The notes under the pieces are model-generated. The model saw nothing but the letters and a program-made list of their open reading frames with translations, ran no database searches and was not told where the DNA came from. A stretch of 62,721 bases of DNA, the filler included, from Sphacelaria rigidula (lineage: Eukaryota), in assembly GCA_964200075.2 (NCBI GenBank). It is 9 parts of 9 records of this genome, joined end to end, with 100 filler letters (N's around TTAATTAATTAA, not from the genome) between each part and the next. Parts side by side here need not be neighbours in the genome. Positions count along the whole stretch, not along the records: positions 6,982 to 13,862 come from CAXNAA020017599.1; positions 13,963 to 20,843 come from CAXNAA020017600.1; positions 20,944 to 27,823 come from CAXNAA020017601.1; 6 more parts are not named here. One strand, 5' to 3'. The position numbers and the translations under genes are program-made. Within the stretch, counting starts at the first letter, position 1, and each line of letters begins with the position of its first letter. Below, one piece after another: positions 12,111 through 24,485 of the stretch.

Positions 12111-13169
12111 TGACAGCACGAGCGGTCACTGGGGTGCCTGCAACCTCAAATTTGGACGTTACAGACGTTGCACAAGGTGTGTAACGTTCAAAAGTGAGGT
12201 TACAGGCACCCCAGTGGCCACCCGTGAGCCCTAAGGCAACTGATGATGGACGATCGTAATGCCCGCCTTCTAGGGGGAAAATGTTGCGATGAGCCGACAC
12301 CACCCGCCACGTGAGTAGCTCAATTAGCTGCCGCCTTAGCGCGAGTCCACCACTGTATTCCCGTCGAACACAGCTGTACTGTTCACTTCTTCTTTCGCGT
12401 TTGTTGCGCGCACGAGTTCATTCTCGGATTCCGTCAATCAAGTATTGCATAGCAGCATAATAAAGTGCTTCCAGCGTGCCCAGAAGGAAAATACAATTGA
12501 CACACTGATCGACACCTCTCGTGTGTTGGAGTTGAAGACAAACCACCGGATGACGATTTTTGTCAACTCCTTACCGACCAGATCTACGCAACGATCCCCC
12601 CCACCCGCCCAGCACCCGCCAGCTTTTGCAGCAGAGTATTACCCCAGTCGGCGACATTAAGCAATGTTTGAACATGCACTTGGCTTTAGTGTGGACCATA
12701 TTATTCGTATCTTTCTGGGGGTCACGGTCGGAACCGCCCGCCCAGCATGGTCGTAGCGTGCGAAGCACGCCCTTTGGCCCGAATCGATACCTGAGGCGCC
12801 GATTCGACACTACACAAAGAAATTTTTGCTTAGGGCTCGATAAGCACCGCCCTTGCCCGAGGGTTCTCGCTCCGCCTTGGATTGGGGTTAGGACTCGGGA
12901 GAGCGTTATGGTTTGACGAAAGATAAGTACTGTGGATTACTTTATTTTAGTGTGATCGATTCGTACCGTACGAATCAATCCTTGGGCTTTGTTTTCAGTG
13001 CTGCAACCCAGGTACGCGCAGCCCAGGCACGCGGAATGGCGCAAAAGTTGCGTGGGAACTTTTTCGACCATCGGTCGAGTCTTTTTCCTTCTTTCGAATA
13101 ATCAGGCCTGAAAAATCGTAGATTTGGTGATTCGAACCGGCGATGATTCGTCCGAACAGTGTCATGTTC

Positions 13170-13275
13170 GGAGCTTGTGTCCATGTTTGCATCTTGTGTC
13201 CATGTTTGGATACTGTGTCTTTTGTTTGGATCTTTTGTCTATGTGTTGGATCTCGTGTCCATGTTTTTACATGCT
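13170..13275 (+). repeat. Minisatellite, ~20-bp unit TGTGTCCATGTTTGGATCT, about 5 copies
   Basis: Directly visible tandem degenerate repeats. Confidence 0.7.
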
Positions 13276-15429
13276 TCGGGACACAGTGATAACGACCCTC
13301 CGCTACCGCCAATCGGTATTCTCTTCATTTCGGGGAAAGCGTCGGAAATACGCACGCTTCATACCTTTCACGGTGAATTCTGCGAAAATACTTGGAATCA
13401 CTTGAACCTCACCTTTGATGAAGCGCAGGTTTGATAAGGCTGGTTGGACAAGTAGTAACCTAACCACATACGATATCTCGGACAAGTCCCGCGTATGAGT
13501 AGATGTGCGCTCAAGTATATCTCAAACATACGATTATTTCCTGGGGCTACGGACTCATAGCTATTCCCTTGGCTTGCAAAGTGGCGCTCCTTGCTGTGTT
13601 CTCACACATATTCTGCCTTGTCTTTGGCTCCCATATTTTCCTTCATTTTTTTCTTTCTCGCTGTCCGCTCTCTCCCTCTTTCTCTCTCTTGTTGAGTCTA
13701 TTTGTCGTGTTTTCTTTTTATCATGCTGTTTTAGTTTAATACTCTAGCGGTCTTCGTGTCTCACTCTGAGGGAAAAGGTCGTGGGCGACAGTTCATGCCC
13801 AAATAATAACGTTTCGAAATGGCTTCCACGGGGGGGGGGGAGGTGTACTCATGATCATGCATNNNNNNNNNNNNNNNNNNNNNNNNNNNNNNNNNNNNNN
13901 NNNNNNTTAATTAATTAANNNNNNNNNNNNNNNNNNNNNNNNNNNNNNNNNNNNNNNNNNNNAGATAAGGGGCTCCTAACAATTCTAACCTCAGAAAATA
14001 TTTCTGTACCCCTACCGTAGCATCACTCGAAAATAGAACGGGTATCCATCATTGACGGTGCTGTTCATAGGCCTTGTCCAGGCTGTTTAATACCGACAAT
14101 ATATTGTTTACCGCAATGAGCTTTCGTCTTCGTGTTGGACATGACGGGATGTCGGTTATTGGAACGGAGGAGGACCTACCTGAACATACAGGATCAATCA
14201 ATAATGTTTGCTCTATCGGTGGAGTTGCAACCGATATACTAATCGTGCCGGATGCTGCAGATACGTACAGAATGGTATGTACGTGATACTAACGCGCAGG
14301 GCTGCGTCTTTCATTGAACGTGAAAACAACGACGATATTTCTACAAGACACAAAACACACCATGGACCATTAGTCCATTTTTTTTATCGCATTTCACATA
14401 CTGTACTGCTGTGTGAGGGGGGGGGGGGTCTACTCTGTGACCAACGGGATTTGCCGATGTGTGAGTCTAGTACAGTAGTGAAAAAGATAGTTCTGCTTGG
14501 ATACGACCTAGTTGGTGACGACACATGCGTGTCCTGAACTGCTGTGGGTGCCGGAGTAGCATGTGGAAAAGCTTGGTTATCGCTTTGGGGGCAATAGGAG
14601 TAGTAGATTCTTTCAATATACCCTCTGGAGCTTTCACATATTTGCAGAGGAGTGATTTCGGGCGTCCCAGACGTGAGTAAAAGATGACATGATGCGGAGG
14701 TTGCGGGATAGCCCTCGCTATATCCGCCTGGTCATAGCTTTCTCTCAACTTTCTCTGAATCTGCGGTCTTGCCGACGAATCATGTGCAATTGGAGAAGCT
14801 CTCAAGGTTCGATCGCATTGAAATATTTTGATGGCTGAGTCTCTCGGGAGGAAATGCCATTGAGTCTTACAGAACCTAGATTGAAATTATATCGTTGCCA
14901 AAAGGGGGTGTTATTCATCATCATGTGTCGTGAAGCATTGGGATCGAGTCAGGGCCCGGATGCTGCGGTTCCGTACTTCACCAATGCATCTACCGCTGTG
15001 TGAAGTAGTGCCGTATAGCTTACGTGTAACGGTGCTTGATTCTTCTTATGTGTGCTTTAGATTTCGTTCCTTTCTCAACCAAAGTGTTCAAGTCGCTCTT
15101 GACTACCCTGCACCTGTTTATATGCGCATCCGGATGCAAGCACCTTAAGTCGCGTGCCTCGCGTTTGTTTTCACAAGAACGAGCACCGGTACGGCGCCGT
15201 ACATTTCAGTTGGTAGCAATGATCCAGCAGCGTAGACAGAAGAAACATACTCATAGCTACGCTACCTAGTGCATGTATCTGCGTTGTTTTATTGCCGTAC
15301 TTGGATGGCACCAACAGCCAACAGCGAGTGCAGTAATGTGAGAAAGCAGCATTTCGGTTCTGTGCTGGCCGGCTGGACGTTACAGGTGGCGCCGAAAGTA
15401 CAGTACAAGTGGTTACTAGTAATCCATCA

Positions 15430-15860
15430 CAGAAACCGTAGGTAAGGTACCGTACCGAGCGTACCCTCGGTATTTACCCGGGGTATCCCATACCGTGGTA
15501 TGGCTGAGTATCGTAGGTATGACATTTGAAAATACCTGATTGAGCGGGTTATTTATTATTATATCCATCACGTTAGCTTGATCTCTCGAACCCGTGGTCG
15601 CAGAGTGCAAGGAGCATCTGATTAAGCGGGTACGGTAGGTATTGAAATCTCGAAATACGGTGGTATAGTAGGTATCGTAGGTATGAGTTTTGAAAATACC
15701 TGATTGAGCGGGTACCGTAGGCATCGGTATCTCGAAATACCGTGGTATCGTGGGGATCGTAGGTATGACATTTGAAAATACCCGAGTGGACCGGTATCGG
15801 TAGGGTATGAGATGTTCCAAATACCAGTACCGGGTACCTGCCTTACCCTCTACCGAATTC
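15430..15860 (+). repeat. ~400-bp GGTA-rich repeat with internal subrepeats, copy 1 (copy 2 at about 16960-17360)
   Basis: Both copies carry repeated GGTATCGTAGGTATGA, TTTGAAAATACC.GATTGAGCGGGTAC and TCGAAATACCGTGG blocks in the same order. Confidence 0.85.
15550..15617 (-). mobile_element. 68-bp 5'-truncated retroposon insertion with (TAA)n tail and 14-bp target-site duplication
   Basis: Flanked by CTGATTGAGCGGGT (15536-15549) and CTGATTAAGCGGGT (15618-15631). The paralogous repeat copy near 17045 has a single site. Same sequence occurs at about 46960-47013 and 55670-55742. Confidence 0.8.
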
Positions 15861-16959
15861 AAAACTGTCATCCGGCAGTGCGGAGAAGCGTTTCAGGGCG
15901 TGTCTTGGCAAAATCTATATAAATATCGAAAAAATGTGGCGGTGGAATTGATTCCAGCGAAAATCGCATATTTTTGTCGAGTTGGGTCCAATTAGGCTTT
16001 AACTTGTTATGCTAGCACGATTTTTGAAGAGTTCGTCTATCTTGAAAAGAATCTTAGGTCATTTTGTGGAAACGTGCTAGCATAAAAAGTAAAAGCCTAG
16101 GTCCAATCGAATTTTCAAACTTTCGATCGAATAAAGACGGTGAAACTCGTGAAACGGTACATGGTCACTCGTGTACAGTACACAGTCTGCACTGTGTCTG
16201 CACTGCTTGCAAGCAGTGTGTCTCGAGTGTGTGTGTGCGTGTTCCGCACAGTGAGTTTTCAAGAGAAGCGGGCAACGTGCAGTGCAGACAGTCCAAGACC
16301 ATCAGTTTTCTCTGGTTACAATGCGACGCGAAAAGGACTTCAACAACGTGCAGCTTCGTACTGCCTGCACTATCCATGAGCGTGTACGCAACTCGGTTGC
16401 CCACCGTACCACGCAGTTCCGTCGCTGATCCTACCATGGAAGAAGACGCGCGAGTTTTCGCCAACAAAAGAAAAATGAAGTATACCCAACTACTGCAGCG
16501 TATCTATCCCTGTGCTCCACTCGTACTCGATGCTGCAGGGTTGGAATGGTAGCTGAGAATGAGCTGGATGAGCTAGCATGGTTCTGTGAACGGGTGTTAT
16601 CTGGCGTGGTGGTCTGTAAGATAGGAGTCAAGGGCCGCTTCGTGCCTTTCGACCGCATGTTTTCGATCGGAAAATCTTAGATTCGTACTTTTTCTCCGCG
16701 CGCCACTAATTACAAATTGGTGTTGAAGAATTCTAAGAACAAAAATCCTGTGGGCCTATCAGATCGAGAGAAAAAAAACGACCGCACTTCAGACTACATA
16801 ATAGTGAGTTCATTCAAATTGATCCAAACACGCAAATCAGGGGGAATCTGGGTATATTTTACTTGTGAAAACAAGACGTACCTGGTCCGACAACTGCTGA
16901 AGTTCGCATAATAAGTTGGGACCAGCTGCTGCACCGTGGGGAGTGCATCACGTCCGGTA

Positions 16960-17360
16960 TTACCGGGTATATCCCCGGTATTTACCGGGGTATCCCATAC
17001 CGTGGTATGCCTGGGTATCGTAGGTATGACATTTGAAAATACCTAATTGAGCGGGTACGGCAGGTATTGAAATCTCGAAATACGGGGGTATCGTAGGTAT
17101 GAGTTTGAAAATACCTGATTGAGCGGGTACGGTAGGTATCGGTACCTCGAAATACCGTGGTGTCGTGGGTACCGTAGGTATCGTAGGTACGACATATGAA
17201 AAAAAACGATTGGGCGGGTACGGTAGGTATTAAAATCTCGAAATACCGTGGTATCGTGGGTATCGTAGGAATTACATTTGAAAATACCCGATTGAACCGG
17301 TATCGGTAGGGTATGAGATGTCCCAAATACCGGTACCGGGTACCCACCTTACCTACGGTG
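16960..17360 (+). repeat. GGTA-rich repeat, copy 2
   Basis: Homologous to 15430-15860 but without the 68-bp insertion. Confidence 0.85.
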
Positions 17361-20300
17361 CCTGTGTAGTCCATATACGAGCTGGGCCAGCTGACAGTGA
17401 TTTGCGAATGTATCCGGACCGGGCGGTGGGTAATCCGAAGCATTGGGCGCTGAAATTTTAACACAACATTTTGGTCATTACTACGCACAACCTTCCCGGG
17501 GATGCCAAGAAGAAAAAACAAAAACAGAAAGTTGGAGCGATTTGAAGTTCCTACAAAAACTAGAAAAATGCTCTAACTCCGTGAGGATAAATGGATACGG
17601 GGGCGTCCCTGTTGTAGCTGCGCATCCTTGTGTGGAGGAGATCCTGGTGCAATTCCGGCCAAATATAAATATTCCTGAAATCTGGCGCAGCATCCCACTC
17701 TTCGTGTGGCACGGCTGCGCTCCTTTAATCCGAGTGATGCAGTTGACTCCACTTATGGAGGTCTTGAGTTCGAATCCCGACGGGTTCCTTTTTTTTGTTC
17801 CGTCGGTTAGGTAATACATTATGCAGTACATCTTTTTTTATCCAATCAGCGGCGGTCCCGTGCGTTACCAGGTTGGTCTGCAGGTCACACCGACATACTC
17901 AAGTCGGGCTGATTTGGTAAACTTGATAAGTTCCGATGTGACATACAAATGCGGGATTTACTGCTGGCCGAGCTCGTACTGCCCAGGGGTGTCCACCTCG
18001 TGAATCGACCTCAAGTCTTTTTGGGAAAATTCTGACAAAGGTTCCCATCTGCGCGCGCTGAAAGGTTCAATCTTTGGATGCGGGACCTCCTCGAAACGTG
18101 ACTCGGTTTGGCATTCTTGACCCCGCCGACCGCCAGACTTCATTTTGGAACAAGATCGCCGGTTGATCTTCAACGACGGTAAACCCGACGCTCCAGCTGA
18201 GCAGCTACTTTCTGTTTTGCGCACACCATTCCCAATTTCAAGATAAGGTGTATTACGCGGTCACCAACGCCTTACTTACGCAACTATTTGACCGAAGCAG
18301 CCGTTTTCGATTTTCCCCCAGTAATCCACCTCGGGTCCTTGTGAGGGAGTTGACGCCCAAGGGGTTGACTCCTTGAGCGCTCAAGCCATTTTGTTCCGAG
18401 TGTCCACCATAACAGCCGCTCAGACATTCAGAGTATGGCGTTTGTATGCGTTCATAGCCCATTATAGCCGCTGAGCCTAGCTCAGACAGAAATACAAAGT
18501 TTTTTGTGTCGGTGTACGGTGAGTGTAACTGTCTACGTCCATGGTTGAGCAGGTGGGGGTAGAAGTTGTGGCGCGCTTCGATCCCACAGCATACAGCCTG
18601 GCTCGGGGTGAACACCCGAAATTTTTTCATCAGCAAATGCCTTTTGCAGTGTCCATCCAACAGTCGCATGCATGGTACCATACGGACCGCCGCGGACAAC
18701 TGAAGAGAGTAACGTGGGCGGAGTTTTAGTTAGGACTATCTAGGGTGGCGCTACGTAACGGCGAAAGTGGTCCTCGACCAATTAGCGTCCTTGAAATTGT
18801 TCTGAAGTTGAACATACGACTTTAAAACCCAATTTTTACCCACTTTCCGCATGCTTTAAATCGTGGTAACCCCCATCAGCTCGGGAACCTAGCGGGAAAA
18901 ACGAATATTAAAACGGTTACAGTACTATCGGATCGAATTATACCCCAAACCGTCGTGTTGCGGTAATGGGTGTTTGGCATCGTCGGATTCCCATTGATGA
19001 TATGCACCAAAGAACCAGAAAGCATCCGGGCGGTTTCCCTTATATATGTCATAGAAAATTTCAGATTGCCTTCAAAGTTAGCATTTCTACGGGTAGTGGT
19101 GTTCCCAACTTATTCTTTTTTTCGAAGTTTCTCCGCTTTTCACCGGCATACGGGGGTCTACGCGTGGGTACCCACCGGGGACCCCCGGGAGACGGTACAG
19201 ATTGACACGAAGCAACAAAAATGTAGATTTCTTCGTCCCGGGGTAGTACAACGAATATACTTGTACGAAGTTTCGTTTCGAACCTCGATGAACTGACGCG
19301 AAGGGGTCGTTCCCACGTCGAAAAAGGCATTCTATACTAAAACCAACTGCTGTTGTTAAAAGGTTTTACCGGCACGGTACCCTTCAGCGCTCTCATCCAC
19401 ACAACCTCACGCCGGTTTTGGGATTTTATTCTGAAGAAATGCACAGATATACTTGTCATGAGAACACTGAGGACAAGATATTTTTTATTTCGACGGTTAC
19501 CGGGGATCGCAGAACGGTATGTGATCTACGAATAACCCCCAAACTCTGGGAACCCCGATAACAGGTGATGAACAGATAATAGTAAACCGTCCCTGAGAGC
19601 TTTGTAATCACCTGAAGTACACATGTGCAAATTATCTAGAGTCCAACTCCAGAAACCGGCGTGAGGTTTTGCGGATGAATGCATGTGGAGTGTTCACTCT
19701 GAACCAGCCCATCGGCATACATGATAGCACGCGCAGCTCTCTCTGCTTATAGCTCCGTCGCACAATGGACGCTCGTGGTGGTCTCCATTCACCGCAGTAT
19801 TGTTGTACTGTACTGTGCTCTGTACTGCGTTGTACCGCTATGAAGCATGACACGGGTATGTGCGTGGCAGCAGCCTGGAGGGCCAGGACCCCGTGTTTCT
19901 GTTTAGGCGCTGTCATCAGAACAACTGGTCCGACGCGCAAAACATAGCAAAACCAACACACCGCCTCCTGCACGCCTGGGCGTTCAACAGGGGGTTCAGA
20001 ATTGTGGGGAAATGCTGGGATAGCGTTCCTATTTCGCTCGTGACAAGGAGAGAATATATGATGGCTTGAAGTTCAGAGGTTGTTCCCGGAATGTCCTCCT
20101 TCAGTGCAGGAAAGTGGACGAGAGTTCCTGATCATATTTTTCAGCAACAACAGCAAGGTTGTACTTTCGCCGTTTCCTGTGCGCCATTTCGTCGGGCTCG
20201 TGCATTTGCAAGTGGTGTACGTTGGCTACTGCTTCTGAAGCCGCATACCCAGACATGATACTATCTTCTCATGTTTGAGCGGAACTTCCAGCCGTTGGCA

Positions 20301-20416
20301 CGGCATGGGCATAGCAGGAGAATGCTACAGTGATTTGGTGTTGCGCCGCGTCGTCCAAACTACACGCTGCACGTGGCCTGTTCTGCGATACTTGAGTGAT
20401 TGATTGATTATCTCAC

Positions 20417-20660
20417 ACTAGCTGGTTGCAATAATCCAGCCCGTGGTCGGGAGCAGCAAAAAAAACAACAGAATGAAAAAAAGAAAAAGAGAAAGAAAGG
20501 GACATAATAAGACAGAAGCAACGGCCTCGGAAAGGAAAGAAAGGGAGCGGCGATAACAACAACAAACAACACCACCACCACCCACAGTAATTACAACAAA
20601 ATAACGACAAACAAACACATACACAAACACAAACACAAACGACATAAGAATATTACTATG
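20417..20660 (+). repeat. Dispersed repeat with purine/CAA-rich tail (other copies about 44310-44490 and 44510-44640)
   Basis: Shared TAGCTG.TTGCAA.AATCCAGCCCGTGGTC.. head followed by A/G-rich tract, AAGACAGAAGCAA and (CAA)n. Confidence 0.65.
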
Positions 20661-20950
20661 CACATATCACACAGACCCCGTTTTTCTTCAATCACGGCTG
20701 CCCGCTCAAGTGAGAGGCAAACCGATGGATTGATCGGATTGTCTCAACATGCAAACGAGAAGCTCCGACTCCAGCCGAGGTCACACGATGGACGTACGTA
20801 CGACCACGCCGCTCGCGCCTCGTCGAGCGCACTTCTTGATGCCNNNNNNNNNNNNNNNNNNNNNNNNNNNNNNNNNNNNNNNNNNNNTTAATTAATTAAN
20901 NNNNNNNNNNNNNNNNNNNNNNNNNNNNNNNNNNNNNNNNNNNCCCCCCC

Positions 20951-20981
<31 letters not shown>

Positions 20982-23900
20982 CCGCACAACAATATTCAAG
21001 GGGACTGCAGGTCGCAGTTGTAAATGTTGAGTACAGGTTGCAATAATAACTTTCAGTTGGGGGCCTAAGTTCGTCGACTTGCACGACAGAGGATTGTAGT
21101 TTCGGAAAAAGGGAGCGACGGTTGACGAATCGATTGTGATGTGCTACTTTGGTATATCACCGGTGCAATGCCACTCCCGCGAGGATGAACCGGCACTCAA
21201 CTGTCCGATCTTGCGGGCCGTTTTGGCACCTGACGGCCGTGACACGTGTATCCCGATACCATGACTCCTCCTTGGATTCGTATTGCACCGGATGTTAGCT
21301 TCACGTTCTGTGAGACATGTTGTCACCACGGATTTGCGTGAAACATGAACCTTTTGACCGCGAACGCATTCCAGTCTTGGTCTATGTGCCCGTGGGCCGC
21401 TCTTGTCCAATCCACAAGTCGATTTTCGGGTACGTTGCGTAGGCTGCGTGTACTATGCTCTGACAGGGTAACTCACACACACACATAAATATATATATCA
21501 CGGAGCTGTGCAGACAGACAAGTACGGAAGAGAGAAGTAAGAGGCACGTAACTGCTGAAACCCGTTTGCGACGCAAAAACGCCTTATTTGTACCCTCATC
21601 TTCGATGCCCTCTTCAATGTCCCATGACAATAACACAACGGGCGTACAAGCCAAGCCGTCGAGAAAACGAAGTTTTTATGGTCGCATTGAAAAGGGTTCG
21701 TACCTTCCCCCCACCGCGTGCACGTGTTTTGTGTGTTTCTCGTGAGCAGGGGCCACTTACGTATGACCGAGAGGGGAGGGTACTCTTGTCCCCGGTGGGT
21801 GTAGCGTTTCCCATCACGGCCAGCGGTATCCCCAACATGGCGCCTGGCTCAGCACGAATGGTTGGGCAGGGGTCCTCCTCGCCGGAGATCGAGTGATCGG
21901 AGTTATTGCTTTATTTGTCCGATCCTCCCTTTGTTTCTTGGACGTGAGCATAACGCCGTTCAGTGATTGTCTTCGAAAACCAGAATTGCCAGTTTACCCG
22001 TAGGCGTGTCGTCTAAGCTCCACGGGGGTCCGATGGGTTGTATTAGTCTATGCCGCAAGCAGCCACAGAGCTGTAGAGGTACGCACTGCGACCTACGAAC
22101 ACGTGTGTGTGTGTTGGTTGGTTGTACGTGAAGACCATTGGCAAGTCTTCTGTACAGGGTAGCGGGGGTCGACCTCACAGGATGAGGGAAAAGGTGCGAT
22201 AGAGGCTGGGGTGCTCAATCCAGCAACCTCCGGATGAAACAATCGAGTACTTGCTGTTTTGCCGCTTGAGACAAGATATGTATGTACTCACGTGTGCTCA
22301 AGCTCTCCCAAGGCCTTGACACTTCCTACAAATTCTGCGTCGTTGGTAAAAAAATCCCTCCGCTGTCCATTGCTCTGTATGCTTCGCGTGATTGAGACAG
22401 CGTGATGTAGGTATCGTTTGGTGTGTTGGTCTATTGGTGGCAATTACACACTCGTGTTTTTCTACTGAAGAGACAGCATTCTGCACGGTCTCGAGTGGTC
22501 ATGCAACCCTCCATCAGGGATCATGATTTCATCGTGGATATATACCCGGGTTAGCAATATTTTGGATGGACGTACAATCTGGGACGTGGGCATCCATCTA
22601 CGGCACCGTCCGGGATCTAATAAATGTCTGGGATGTTCACTTGGGGTGTCCATGGTCGCGTATAGGGTACAAAGCTCTATACCAGCGTGCGCTATCGAAA
22701 CTTATGCCTTTCCAGCGCACACTGCACTGCGCTATTCGTCCAAGGATACACGCCACCTCAAGCTCATGGTGACCAGTGCCCAGGTTGTTCACGGGTTCGG
22801 GTCAGGGATATGGTCACGGTTGGGGGTTGGATGGGGTAGATTATGTTGAATAAGCATGACTCTCCATCTAGGGTCGTCCGACACCTAAGGGCCCCTTCTT
22901 TCATAGACTCAAAGACCCCCCCCCTATCGTGGCATGATTGTAGTTCATCTCTGCCCAGTAATGAGGCGTGATGCAAGCATTTCATGTCCAGACTGCAAGG
23001 CTGGCAGAACGAGTTGTATTGTGAAAATAATGAAATGACACGCACGGGGTTTCGTGTGGTCGGAGGTGTGATAGAGTCACCGAAGCCGTCCCATATGCGA
23101 GGCGGGGCGGTGGTTTCGCAAACTTTCGAAGCAGTGCCAATCCGTTTCATGTGTTTCCATGTTGATTCCCGAAAACACGTTTTCGGGTTGTCGCGATCCA
23201 ACGAGGACACACGTTTCACCGGTGTGGTAGCGTACGTACGAACCACAGTAGATCCCCACGCGTGTAGTAGAAGTGGCAAGATCACCAGGCACTTTGCCTC
23301 CATCAAGATCCGGGTCGGGTTTACGCAAGATGAATTGATCGGGGTCAGCGGGGCTGGCAGCAAAAACAGACGGCGGGTGGTCCGGCGGTGGGTTAGATGT
23401 CTCGCCCAAAGAGGTTGTGGGTGACATGTGACCCCTAGATGTAGCACAGCTCGACTGGTCATTCGTAATCTCATAGATCACCGTCTTGGGAAGACAGGGA
23501 TCAACATCCAAGGTGGATTCAAACTGTTAGGTGCTAGGGTCGTCGGTTGAAAAGGCAGCAACGTCAGAAATATCCGATTTAGATTCTTCCGTGATGCCTG
23601 ATAACGCCGTCGAGCTTAAAGTCGTCGCATTTTGGAAAGAACGAGATCGAGGTTCTCCGCTCGAGAGAGGTGTACGCGTTGATGAGCGCGCTTCCCTGGA
23701 AGCACGTTTACGGGGCTTCCTCTCTCGCCGTCACAAACGCCGCAGAGCTTCCAAAGCGTGTTGGAAAACTACACCTGCGTCCAGTTTGGGGGATGGCGTC
23801 AGCATCGGGGCATGCTCGGGCAAAGCTTGAGGACTTTCCGCTGGCAAGCTTGACAGAGGAGTCACAGCCGAACGTCAATTGGGGACGGTTGTTGTACTAA

Positions 23901-24485
23901 CCATGCAGGGGTAGCTCCGCGCGGTTCAATAATTGCGGGGAACAAGCTCGATCGAATATGGGGGAAAATACGTGACACGACGTGGTCAAAATTCAAACCA
24001 GCAACACTTGAACCAGCCGAAGAAGGTACACCACTGCCTGTGGGTGGGGTCGCCGACGGAAGCCCTTGCCTCAGTGACAGGTGGTTGGTGTTCTCACACC
24101 TCAGGCTTATACTCGATCGGTTTCGGAGGGCCAAGTGCAGGTCCGAGCGTAGATCTGAGTTGAAACTCAACGCAACTGTTACGCTATTTGTGGAGGGTTG
24201 AAGGCGGGGTTCGGTATGATTAGCCGTTAATAGCGCTCCTACACGGTGCCGGGGAATTGAGCGAGAAACGTTCGCCACTTGTTCCGCGGGCTGTGTTCAG
24301 ATGTTCGTGAGTGCTGTGGGCGGCGTCGAAGACCCAAAAACTCCGAGGTCGACGCGTCACGGGTCGGTACGACCACTCATATATGAACCAGGGTTTCTGG
24401 TGTTGAAGTTCAAGTTGACATGATTCGGCCCCGTCCGCTGGTGTCCATCAGTGGAATCCCGGTGGTTACGAGAAGAAGGGTAATG

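Noticed and set aside
14071..14880. Candidate exons (+ 14082-14274; - 14467-14875)
   Set aside because: Splice-like boundaries but no recognisable product or partner exons.
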